Translations under genes and position numbers: made by a program
The notes under the pieces: model-generated
What the model saw: the letters and a program-made list of their open reading frames with translations, nothing else
The model's database searches: none
What the model was told of the DNA's origin: nothing
DNA from: Marsupella aquatica
Taxonomy: Eukaryota; Plantae; Marchantiophyta
NCBI GenBank assembly: GCA_973895155.1
Contig: OZ316891.1
Location: 26,039,899-26,103,898, forward strand
DNA: 64,000 nucleotides
Direction of reading: 5' to 3'
Shown: piece by piece, positions 22,790-34,400 of the stretch
Position numbering within the stretch: the stretch's first letter is position 1
How the letters are laid out: the number at the start of each line of letters is the position of its first letter

Positions 22790-23676
22790 TGTCACAGATA
22801 TCGCGAAGTTAGAGGCCGAACGGAACTACAATAAAATATAAAGCGGACTCGATCAAAGCACTCTAGAATGTGTTCACGACAGGATCGATTCACAAACATC
22901 GACAGCCGGCCTTTATATATATTAGTTCCTAAATTGAAAGGACTAAACTCCTGTCTATTCGATTCACTAGTTCTCTTCGAATCTCAGAATACCATGAGTG
23001 TAGACCACAAGTCTAATCGTAGAAGTTGATCGACCCTACCGACGTCTCGAAGGCGATCAATCAGTAGTATTTACGTGTCATTTCATATTTCTAAAGTCTG
23101 TTCATGTCACTGTTGATCAGTCTTCTCACATATATCACCTGTTCATATTCCTAAGGTCTGCTCATATCACTATTGATCAGTTTTCTCAAATGTAAATAGA
23201 TTAGAGACTAGTCTATCATACATATAACATTGAAAAAGAACCAAAAACTCCACTGCAATCAAGATCCCTAAGGTCTGTTCGTACACTATTCATTAAATGA
23301 TCACTTTTCCGGCATTATAGAGATAGATTAGAGACTATTCTGGGCGTATAACACTGCCATAGAACAAAAGATGCCAGTGCGTACAAGACCCCTAAGGTCT
23401 GTTCATTTGACTATCTAATGACCCCACCCCAAGTAGCCTGATTACCATTTCCTCGAACATAAAAGGAGGTGGCGGCAAAAAAACCTCTTGCAAAAAATAG
23501 GTTCATTACTATTTCCCGTTCTTCTTTGCTCCCATCTATATGCACCCTATATGCACCCTCACTTTAATTCAGATATGTCTTTAGAGTCACCGTCTAGAGG
23601 CCTGACTCTAAACAATATATGTCCTGTCAAGGTCTAGAGGACTCACTCTAAACAATAGACCCAGAGAGAAATTGTT

Positions 23677-24439
23677 CTCGGGAGGTCACTTTCATGGAAG
23701 TGACATGATTATCAAGTTTGACCAAGTAAGTATAGTGTACTTTAAATGGTTCTGACGGTAGACTTATAATTAAGTTGACAATGGAAGTATTCTGCAAGCC
23801 TGAACCATGCCACCTTGCCACAATAATTAGCCTGCACTCACAATGGGAGAAAAATATTCAGCTCCTAAAAAACCAGGAAAGGTGGGAGGGTGAAGGCAAG
23901 GGTTTTAGCTTGGCCACATGAATTAGACACAAATGCAAATTAAAGAAAATAAATGATGTCCGCCCTTCTCTCCAACACTATTAAGAAAAACTAGATTTTT
24001 CTACTACGTTGGAACCTGACCTGTGCTTCTTTTGTCATGAGGTTTGCCAGATGGTGTGTCTCAAGTTTTCTGTACTTGACACCCGTCATGGTATGAAAGC
24101 TAGTAAAGCCAGGAAAGGGCTTATTTAACCAGGCTCCTCTACTCGGGGGTCTCACTATATGGGGACCTCCCCATCGCCTGCGATGTTTTTAGGCCTCGGA
24201 CCCCCTAAAATGTAAGAAAAAAAATTTATGTTTTAACCCCTATAAAGTTGGAATATTCTTGGAATATTCTACAAATTGAATTAAAAAGACCCTAATGTTC
24301 TTATAAGTCTCAAAATTGAATTTAAAAGACCCTATTGTTCTTCTACAAAAATTCTTAAGTCTTCCCTTAGAACCAATAAAATGACCCTATCCTTCGTTGC
24401 ACGTGATATGCCATTTTTGTGGAAATGAAACCCCCGAGC
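23677..24439 (-). mobile_element. Truncated inverted relative of the 4553-5460 TIR element
   Basis: 23677-23706 matches the reverse complement of that element's right end. 24142-24439 matches the reverse complement of 5129-5418. Confidence 0.8.
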
Positions 24440-24499
24440 TCCTCTAGCATCCTGTGGACTTATTGACTACAAAGATGGAGTGGTTGAGGAGTCCTAGTG

Positions 24500-26542
24500 A
24501 TGGCGGAAGCCGGAGGGCGGAAACGGGAAATGGCGGATGCTGGATTAGGGATTCAACTAGAGTGCAACGGAACGGACCTGGATGAGATCGAGCAGCACAA
24601 CGAGGAAGCTAAGCATCTGAAAGGGGGATTAAGCCAAATTAGGGCCGAAGCAAGGATCCCAAGTGGAGATCAAAGGATTGCAGGGAATGGATTTCTGGGA
24701 AACGAGGACGAGGCAGGACAGTCGCTGGCAAACCCGCAGAGACAGCAGGCTGGACTGACCGCAGCTCAGTCGTCACGCGCGGAAGGGCAGACAAGTACAC
24801 GCACCCATGCAGAGGCGGCAGTTGCCCCCGACACTCGAATGCACGAGGACCTGGAGGAGCAATGGGAGGAATGGGGAACAGAGAACGGAAAGAATGGCAG
24901 CACAGCTAGTGACGAAGACAAACCAGACAATCCGTATGACCATAATCTGGACCTTGAAGCGGGAGCACACGTCTCGAACGAGGACCTCAAGGCACAACTT
25001 CACCATCTTCCGAGGTGCCCAACGGAGCCCAAGCAGGGGATGCGTGCAGCGACTCTCACTGTGAACAGGGACATCATAGCCAGCAGGATACTCCATCTAC
25101 AAAATCGAGGTATCATCTTCTACACTGTAGACTTTTACCCCTCACGAGACCAATTCGCAGAGTGGGTGCATGACACGATTGGCAGAAGGATGTGCATTAG
25201 AGTGGAAAAAATCAAAGTGCTGGCAAAATTCACGTTCTTGGTGGTGGTGAGCAACCCGGCTGAGGATAAATCTATCCTTCTAGAACCCTATTGGTACATG
25301 GGCAGACGTATGGTGATGGCCCAACCGTGGACAACAGATTTTGATGCGAAGGAGGCAAGATCTCCAAGGGCACCGGTGTGGATTGACCTTCCTCTCCTCC
25401 ACCCTGCTTTTGAATATTATGCCAATCAAATGCTGGCGATGGTTGGTAAAGTTCTGTATGCACAGACCACTCAGGCTCAAAGCAAGTTTTCGCACATTAG
25501 AGGTTGTGTCCTATGCAATCTAAATGAAGATTTGATTGAATATATAAACCTAGTCATCCCTCAAGTGGGTAACTTCAGAGTCGACGTCATTTACCGCACT
25601 CTGCCAGACGCCTGCTATGTATGCAAACAGCGGGGCCACATAGCTCGCAATTGCCCCAACAAGCACAAGAACGAACTGAAGGGTATCATAGTGGAGAACA
25701 GAACCGGATTGGCGCATAAGGGAGAGGCACTTATCCAGCCCAATTGCGATTCAGATGGATTCGTGCAGGTCTCAAGGAAGACAGCAGGTTTGAAATCCAC
25801 TAAGGGTGGGGAGGTGGAGAGCACGATCGTTGCTCAGAATAAATTCCAGGCACTAGTGGGTCAAGATAACGAGATGAACGGTAGCAAGCCCAACCAACCA
25901 AGTAAAGACGGACTGGCTAATCCTACATCATGCGTAGAAGAAAAGAGGAATGAGGCCAATAAGGATGCGAGTGTGGAGCTGAGCATCAAGCAGGGACTGG
26001 AGGCAGGTACAAGTGATAAGAGAGGACTCTACAACACTATCACTTTGGAGGAGCCAATTTTGGTGGCGGTGCTTCCAAAATTGCAGGTTTCCATTGAGCA
26101 CCCACGCATTGGTCAGGAGGCAGAAAGGATGGATCTAGAGAACAGCAAGCAGGCCAGAAGGGCCACTAGCTCCCCAGGCCAAGTCGGAAGACAAACCTTG
26201 GAAAGGTCAGATATCACCACACCCACACACAGACAGGCACAGAAGAAAACCGAGAAGAGCATAGTTAGTAGCGAGGTCCCGACTTACGCCAACGACCAGA
26301 GGATGGAAGAAGTCATTCAGGAAGAGGTTACCTTTGAGACCCATCGTAACAGTGCGACACTCACCCCCAGGGCTTTACTGCAGGAGAAGGAGCCAATTGT
26401 TCAGCCTCCTCCTGAAATCAGTGGGAGTCAAGGCCAAAGACAAATCACCTCGAACACTCCCCTGAATGGCAGGCAGGGGCATGGCAACACGAGTGATAAA
26501 GGGCGCTACTACAAGGGGCGCACCACCAAAAAATCTAGTTGA
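24500..26542 (+). CDS. LINE ORF1 (DUF4283-like region plus CCHC zinc knuckle)
   Basis: Open ~680 aa; PWYMGRRMVMAQPW-like and PVWIDLP segments; CYVCKQRGHIARNC. Confidence 0.88.
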   Translation: MAEAGGRKREMADAGLGIQLECNGTDLDEIEQHNEEAKHLKGGLSQIRAEARIPSGDQRIAGNGFLGNEDEAGQSLANPQRQQAGLTAAQSSRAEGQTSTRTHAEAAVAPDTRMHEDLEEQWEEWGTENGKNGSTASDEDKPDNPYDHNLDLEAGAHVSNEDLKAQLHHLPRCPTEPKQGMRAATLTVNRDIIASRILHLQNRGIIFYTVDFYPSRDQFAEWVHDTIGRRMCIRVEKIKVLAKFTFLVVVSNPAEDKSILLEPYWYMGRRMVMAQPWTTDFDAKEARSPRAPVWIDLPLLHPAFEYYANQMLAMVGKVLYAQTTQAQSKFSHIRGCVLCNLNEDLIEYINLVIPQVGNFRVDVIYRTLPDACYVCKQRGHIARNCPNKHKNELKGIIVENRTGLAHKGEALIQPNCDSDGFVQVSRKTAGLKSTKGGEVESTIVAQNKFQALVGQDNEMNGSKPNQPSKDGLANPTSCVEEKRNEANKDASVELSIKQGLEAGTSDKRGLYNTITLEEPILVAVLPKLQVSIEHPRIGQEAERMDLENSKQARRATSSPGQVGRQTLERSDITTPTHRQAQKKTEKSIVSSEVPTYANDQRMEEVIQEEVTFETHRNSATLTPRALLQEKEPIVQPPPEISGSQGQRQITSNTPLNGRQGHGNTSDKGRYYKGRTTKKSS

Positions 26543-26544
26543 CT

Positions 26545-29500
26545 ATGAAGGACGACAACCTGGTCATTAATCAATGGAACGTTCGGGGCATGGGGAGCCC
26601 TGACAAAATCAAACGCATGCACAGATGGATCAAGCGCAACAAACATGAAGGTGAGATTTTATGTATCCAGGAGCTCAAAGTTAAACGGGATAAGGCTGAG
26701 TTTAATTTGAGCTTGTTGAATCCTGGGGGCGTTCAAATCATGGACGTGGATAGGGATGGGATGGTGGGGACGGCACTGGCTGTCCCACCAAATTTTAAAC
26801 CCTGGGCCCTCAGAGTTACTAATACAGGGAGGACGTGCGAACAACGTAAGGGTATTTTTAATGTAATACAAACAAATTTTTATAATAATTTTTAAAGTAG
26901 GCAACATCCCTGTATATACATTCATCACAATATTAGTAATAAGGCTCTTATCAAATACATGTCACATTACTTTTACGCAAGGGTACCCAAAATGCCAAGT
27001 ACACACATCACTATATGGTTGGGACACATACACTCATCACCTCATTTGCACACTTGTTCATATAGTCAATCAGACATTTAATTATTTGTTGTCTTAAGGC
27101 AAGTTTAGTTTTGTGGGACCCTTTATGGTGGGACAAATGGTTTTGGGTAGACATGTTTACCCACATGTTTAGGAGTTAAGTTGGGAGTTGAGTAAATGTT
27201 GGGAATCTGGGATTGATGGGGATTCATGGATCAACCCCACATGGACGGACAAGATTACTTTTGAATTCTCTTGAATCAAACAGCCAGGTATGAGGTTAGA
27301 TGTGTTTGCGTGTGTAGGGGGGTATCGGGTACTCAACCAATGTTTGTTATAGTTGGTTCAGACTTTGGAGTATTATTCCTCAATTATACATATAGTACTC
27401 ATGAAACTAGAAGTTTGGAGGCACTTTTGCGAACACTAAGAGGAGAGTGCATGCCTGTTTGTATACTATAGGAAGAACTATTCTTGTAGTGTATTAATTT
27501 TGTTCATCTATATAAAATATGTATTCTGAACATTGGGCGTAACAGCCATACAAGTCCCCTATGCAGTCTCATCTATTTTAGTATGATATTTGCAATTTTA
27601 AAAATTCAAGGGTGTTTTCAATTCCTTGAAAAACTCTATTATAATTTACAAAAGGATAAAATTTAATAGGAAAAGTTAATATTTTTACATTAACAAGGAG
27701 ATTTTTTTTGTGAACAAAAATATTAAGAAGGGGTACATGGGGGGTGTATGTTCTCAGGGGGGTTCACTTAATATAGTAAGAGTGAGGGCCCAGGGATTTT
27801 AAAGTAGTTACGCAGGGCACTAAAGGAGATGGAACTCTGGCCTGGGCTACGGTGATTACCCCAAAAGGAGAACTGAATGTGGGGTCCATATACGTGCCCA
27901 ACGACCGACGTCGAAGAAAAGAGCTATGGGACTGGATGGTTGATAGCCTGCCTGAGTCTAATTGGGTCCTAAGTGGTGATTGGAACATGGTTGAGTTGAG
28001 TGACGACTTTGTTGGCCCACATGCGCTGTTGCATGGGAACGAAGCTCGGGCCTGGAACAGGTTGGTAGACCAATGGCACCTCGTGGACAACTATGTGTGT
28101 GCGGGACTCCAAAGAGGACCGGCCTTCACCAGACAAGCAAAGAAATTAGATCGGCTTGACCAATCTAGGCTCGATAGGAGCTACAGTAGTAATCTGAATA
28201 ACTAGTGTGAATTTGTTAAGGAAGTGTGGCATGACGGCACTCAGACTCTGTCTGACCACATTCCTGTTTCTACTACCTTTACACTGACGGCACGCAGGGA
28301 TTTGAACCTGCGCAGATCCACCTACTTTAAGATGGATGCTGAGGCACTCAATAGCGAGGAGATAGCACAAAGAGTCAAGCGCCTCTGGAATGAGCAGCAA
28401 CTCCCCACGAGGGATGCTAGGATCAATGTGGATTTGGCCTGGGACGCTGTGCGGAAATATCTACGGGAGGAAAAAAAAAGCAACAAGAGGAACGGAATTA
28501 GAGAGTGAGAAGAGCAAATAGGCTACAACATATGAGGGAGAATATTGGCCTGGCACCCATAGTGGAGGAGTTGACTGAGCTGGCCAGGATGGAGTTTGAC
28601 ACTAGGCGGAAGGAGGTCTCTGAAGCCCAGACTCTTAGACGTAGAAGTCGGGAAAGGTGGCTGCAACTTGGTGAGGCACTGACTAAATATTTTTTTAATC
28701 AATTAAAAGCAAAACAACACAGGGAGAGCATCAAATTGCTTAAGCTTCCTGATGGAACTCACATCGAGGATGTAAAAGAGATCCTTAAGGAGGTCCACAG
28801 ATTTTACTTGGACCTTTACAAAAAAAATGCGGCTGTGGAGCAGGAGGTGGAACTCCGACAGGGAGCTTTGAGCCTTATCACGGAACAGGTGACAGATCTC
28901 AAAATTTTGTCTCTTATTGCACCTCCAACCGTGGAAGAGATCAAAGGAGTGGTGAAAGGCCTTGCGAAAGAGAAGTCTTCGGGTCTGGACGGGGTCACTA
29001 CCGAAGTCCTACAGCATGAATGGGAGTACATGAAAGATGGGTATGTTAATATGATTCTATCGTTCTGGCAAGATGGAGTACTTACAAGCAAGGCTACCAC
29101 TGGAGTCATCAAGTTGATCCCTAAGACACAACAGACGACGGACCTGACCAACTGGCGCCCCCTCACCATGCTGCTGCTGACTGAAAAAATCATGGCTAAG
29201 CTGTTGGCTGTGAGATTCAAACGGGTAATCAGCAGACTCGTTGACAAACAACAAACTAGGTTCATCGTTGGCAGAGACATTACGGATAACCTAGGTTCAA
29301 GAGTTGGCAGGGTTAAACAAAAAACTGTTGATGTTCCTGAAACTAGATTTTGCCAAAGCGTATGACAAGGTGGAGCACAGCTTCCTCTGGGCGGTCCTCA
29401 AACAAATGAACTTCCACAGGCAGGTGATCAAGCTGGTTAAAGGCTTAGTGGAGAACACTCAGTCAAAGATCCATATCAATGGGCTCTTCACGCCCCCTTC

Positions 29501-31455
29501 TGCCTGGAAAGGGGAGTTCGTCAAGGATGCTCTCTAGCCCCTTTGCTTTTTGCTTTGACCACCCAACCTCTTATGTTGATGTTTAAGCACAAAATCAACA
29601 ACCAAGAACTGCAAGGTCTGCCCTTGGACGATGGCTCTGCTGTCTGCCACCAACTGTTTGCGGACGATACCGGGCTGTTTCTGGTGGCCTGTCAACAGGA
29701 ATTTCAAGCAGCCAGAGAGGTCATCCAGCATTATGAAAGGATCTCGGGGGCCTTGCTCAACGTGCACAAATCTAAAATTATACCCCTGTTTTCTCCTGCT
29801 CCGAGGGATCTTGAGTGGATGCAGGGGAATGGATGCGCCGTCACTAAACCGGGGGAGATCAGTGAGTACCTGGGCCGCCCCATTGGGCATTTGCTTAAAC
29901 CTTCCCAAGAGGATAAGTTTCTGGTTGGGAAACTGAGGAAGAAGCTCAACCACTGGGCGTATAAGAGTCTGACACTTCCAGGGCGGGCAATCCTGCTTAG
30001 ACATGTGCTTAGGGCCATTTCGACCTATCATCTTATGTTGTTGTCGCTGAATCAGGCTGGTTACGAGATGGAACAGACGAGCAGAAACTTTCTGTGGGGA
30101 TCCTCCAGGACGGGACACAACAAGATCCCACTAATCAGCTAGGAGACTGTCACTAATGAGAGAGGAGCGGGAGGTTTGGGCATCCTCCCGTTCAAGGTGC
30201 AGGCCCAGGCTCTCAAGATGAGACATGTGATGAAGTTTCTCACGCTTACAGATGTGGACTGGGTGAAGCTGGCACATGCTGTTATCAGGAAATCCCTGAG
30301 ATCTGGACCTGCTAAGAAGGAGCAGCGCAACTGGACACCTCCGGAGGCACTCCTCCTGAACTCGTCGTTCACTGTGATCGGTTCACCTACCTTGAGAACC
30401 CTTCTCACTGGTTGGGATGCTCAGGCTGCCTTCCTGCAGTTTGATTTTGGCCAGGGCAAGCTCCCGGAGCAGCTTTCGATTGAACAGACCCTGTTGCTGT
30501 ATTTTAGGTCAACTAATTTGAAGGAAGCTAACCAGCTCGCGCTACGCAGGTTCATGGCTAATCGGAGAATTAAGTCCCTTCGGGATCTCAGGGACTCCGA
30601 TGGACGGTGGCTGACCAAAGAGGGACTTACCAACCGTGTTCATAGCACACGAGAGACTGGACTGCAGGAGTTCAATACCTTCTACGGGGCCTTGGAGAAG
30701 CTGGAAGATATCACTAGCTGTTCGCTCCACCAATGTACTGGCTGGAGATGGACAGATCGGCCCACCCGCACTGTCTGGCGCTGCCCCAACATGGTCTGGG
30801 TGGACCGTCTGCGGGAACACTCACTTGATCACACGAAACTCAACCAACGATGGGGACAGAATGAAACCAACAACCAGTGGAGGAAATTGTGGAGAAAGTT
30901 GTGGGGTGGATGGACTTTCCCTAAGGTGAGATTTTTTGTTTGGCGCCTTGTCCAACATGGGTTCTTCACCAATCAGCGGGGTAGGCTTTGGGGGTTAAGT
31001 GATGGAGTGTGCCCTAGGTGCAAGACCCTGCCCGAGACTACGGAACATCTGTTCTTCAGCTGCAGGCATGTGCAGCACAGATGGCAACTTTTGCACCAAC
31101 TGACCACTTCGAAGACCCATCTGACTTTGGGTCGGGGGGGCTCATTGAAATGATCAAACAGGCAATGAGACAACAGAAAACTAACCCTGGCCCGCTTATT
31201 GTGATTTAGGAAATGTGCACTGCCTTCTGGAAAGAACGCAATGCAACTGTGTTTGATCAGACCACTGGGAAGCTCCCTATCAGGGAGATCTTGCACAGGA
31301 CTGAACATCATCTTAGCCAAATGCTCAGATCTAGTAGCTCACTGAAGAAAAGTAGGCAGATTGAGAGAACCTTGCATGAGCTGAGAGACATCTTTCCTAT
31401 TGTGGAACATACGGGACTGGGCCAGGGCACTGGAAATGATAATTTGTATGAATGA
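26545..31455 (+). pseudogene. LINE ORF2 (AP endonuclease, reverse transcriptase, zf-RVT), disrupted
   Basis: WNVRG, CIQE, GDWN, SRLDR, SDH; NWRPLT, LDFAKAYDKV, LFADD; CPRC..EHLFFSC. Interrupted by a 996-bp insertion, stops (28203, 30140, 31207) and several frameshifts. Confidence 0.93.
26800..27795. mobile_element. 996-bp non-autonomous TIR element with 8-bp TSD inserted in the LINE endonuclease domain
   Basis: TIR CCCTGGGCCCTCA / TGAGGGCCCAGGG; ATTTTAAA at 26792-26799 and 27796-27803. Removal restores PPNFKVVTQGTKGDGTLAWATVITPKG in frame. Confidence 0.93.
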
Positions 31456-34400
31456 GTCCTCCTGCAACTGGTTGCTCTTGTTGCATGATCTGAGGCTGAA
31501 TGGGACTCCTTGGTTGAGCTCTCGTGGGATTCGCCTGGAGGGTATGAGTAGACATTGTGAATTATTAGGTGCCAGTCATTTCAGGAGTCTTGAGACGGCC
31601 AACTTTAGATCCAAGGGCAATTTTTACAGAGTTATTGTTACGCACTTGGAGGGTAGTCTGGCCTCTAGTGTTAAGGGGCATGGGGTTTTGGTCCCTAGTG
31701 GCTGGCTTGAGCCGGTGGACGGGGTTTTGGGCTTGGGGCGCCTTTCTCTCTGTGTGTGTTTGCTCTGTCTTTTCACCGGGGCGGGTTTTACCTCCAGTGT
31801 TAATTGATGGGGCTTGGCCCTCCTTTCTTCAAACAAACCAACAACAAAAAATGACTACAAAGATGGATTCAAGACTTGATCAGGCCCTTTGGATGGTAGG
31901 GCATCAAAAATTCCAAAAAATAGGGTAAGTCTGCAGTAGTCATAGTCACTCAGATCTACCTCTGCTGCACAGGGCGCCACTACTTGACTTGGGGCGCCAC
32001 TAAACCTACAAAATAAACCCCAACATTTTATTGGATGACTTAATGAATTATGTATAAGCTTAAACTTGTTTGGTGTGATCTCTAAAGTTCAATGTACCTA
32101 CTGAGAAATGATGGGATGTTGGACACCTCCAACACTCAATCCTATACACTCAAAACATCTCTATTTTACTAAGTGTAATCTACTCCAATTGTGCACTTTT
32201 GTTTAGTTACACACAGCAAAGTTCAAACCAAAACTAGGCAGCTAGTACCTTCTTTGAATAAGTTAACAGATCCTAAAGGGTGTTTTAAAGTAATATATAT
32301 TCTTTTGCAAAACAAATAGAGGAAACAAATGACTTTAAGAGGAAAGATACTAAGGGGAAACAAATGACTTAGTTAAAGGAAAGGTTCTAAAGCTCACATT
32401 TTTGAGGACATCAGATTGAGTGTTAGCATATGTCAAAAAGTCCCAAATTGTTTCTGTAGTTTTGTTGAACTTTACAGATCACACTAAACAATTTTAGGTT
32501 CAAACAGAATTCATTTAGTCATTTACTGAAATATAGGGGTTTATCCAAAATTACCATATATTTTCATAATTTTGGATAAACCCCTACCCATTTGATACCA
32601 TCCAAAGGGTAGGGTCAAGTATTGAATCCATCTTTGTGATCAATTATGTCCACAAGATGCTGAACGGGCCTGGGTACTAAGTACTTTCTTGCAGCAAAGT
32701 GAACATTTTGTATCTCAAAGTTCATAACTAGAACAGCAAAGTGGAACATTTTGTATCTCAAAGTTCATATTAACTAGAACATGTGTAAACTCACTGCAGC
32801 GAGACTCAATTTTGATATTGAAAATATTTGGAAAAAGATAGCCAATACAACGTGGGGCAGATTGCAGCACTTGGCTGCAATCACTCGGCCAACGTACTAA
32901 GTGCAAATTAAGACTTACGTCAATTTCCTTCTAGGCTTTCCTTGCTTCCTTGCTATCTGATTTATGCTTGGAGATGAAGCGCAGAGTGCATTTCATACAT
33001 CTCGGCTGCACCAGAATTTTGGGCAGAGGTGGTTCACTAATTTAGCTATGCGGGCGTAAATCATATTCACAAGGCTGACAGGATTTCACAGATTATCAAA
33101 ATTAATCTTGTACAACATCAGAATATGACAACTTTCATTCAACAAGTTTTGGCATTCACGACTAGCACTCCGCTGTGTGTCGGTTTTCCGAATGGAGAGC
33201 TCTTATTTTCTTCCAATACAAGCTACTTAGATGCTAAGCCCGGCTTAAAGTCCTTGGTGAATTTTGTCGACAGACCTGAGTCATCCGAGATTTAAAAATG
33301 AGTTGCGACTTTCGTTTCTATCAATGGGTTTCAGGACTCAGTCGCGCCCACAAGACACACGGGTGCATCAGATGTTAGAATCCCATGGCAGGTAAGATTC
33401 ATAGAGGGGACCGGGGCTCAGTTTTGTGCACAACAAGACGGGTCTTGAAATTCGTGATCGTTTCCAGTAAGGAGAGCTTTCACTTTACCCCCTCGAAATT
33501 TCACACCCACCGGATGTGATGTAGTATATATACATAAGAAGTCAATGTTTTGTTTCGCTGATTGAACTGACTAAACCACATCTCCCCTGAAATCAACATG
33601 CCCTGAAATCAACATGGCAGCACTCCACAGTCCGTATTCAGGCGATATGTAGTCTGGAAATTATGCATTCGACGACTTAAATGTTGACATCCACAATTGC
33701 TCATTCGAAAGGATCTTGATGGCCAGTTTGCTATACCAAATCGTGCTTTACTTCTGAAATGTTTTACTTTGCCAAGGTTGAATGTGAGTCTATGTTGATC
33801 CTTTATCGCTTGTTGTTTTAATATAGGTTCCAAAGAAGCTCGAGAAACGTACATTTGTACAAAGATGTAGAGCTACTCGATCGGTCGATTTCTAAGCTTT
33901 TGATTCAATCCGGATCGGAGCTATTTAAGTACAGTAGACGCCTTTGTCTTCCCTTCATAATGGCAAGTGTTGGTTCGGCTAGTTGTGCCTTCGTCTGTCC
34001 TTGATAATGTTTCCAACGGTGTAAGGTTCCCCTTCAATTTGTCCTAAATTCTTCTCAAGGATTCGAGATGATAGACTGCGCACAGTGCCTCTGTGCGTTT
34101 CAATAGAGTATATATTTCTTAAAGGACAGATAACATCCACAGTAGTTGGTCTGATGGAATTGATTTTTGCTTTTCTCTTTCGATTATGCCCACCGCGCAT
34201 CGCGTGCGATATCCTTGCATGTGAATGAGCGCCACTTGGTGGAGGAGGAGACAAAGGAAGACCTGGTACTGAATTAAGTTGGTGATTGGATCAACTTTGC
34301 TGTCTCATCCGGTATGGAAGGTGGGCCTGCACTAGATGCCCAAGGCATGGCCTTCGATTCACCCCCGCTCATAGTCTCCTCGCCGAAGATAAGACATGCC

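Larger units (their letters stand above)
24480..31851 (+). mobile_element. L1-like non-LTR retrotransposon (LINE), near full length, ORF2 inactivated
   Basis: 16-bp TSD TGACTACAAAGATGGA at 24464-24479 and 31852-31867; A-rich tail aaacaaaccaacaacaaaaaa; ORF1 plus EN-RT-zinc finger ORF2. Confidence 0.95.
24440..32674. mobile_element. Foldback TIR element (~850 bp once the LINE is removed) whose left arm is split by the LINE
   Basis: Rejoined left arm agcatcctgtggacttattgactacaaagatgga|ttcaagacttgatcaggccctttggatgg pairs with ccatccaaagggtagggtcaagtattgaatccatctttgtgatcaattatgtccacaagatgct (32598-32661). Inner arms at ~32034-32095 and ~32463-32522 also pair. Confidence 0.75.
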
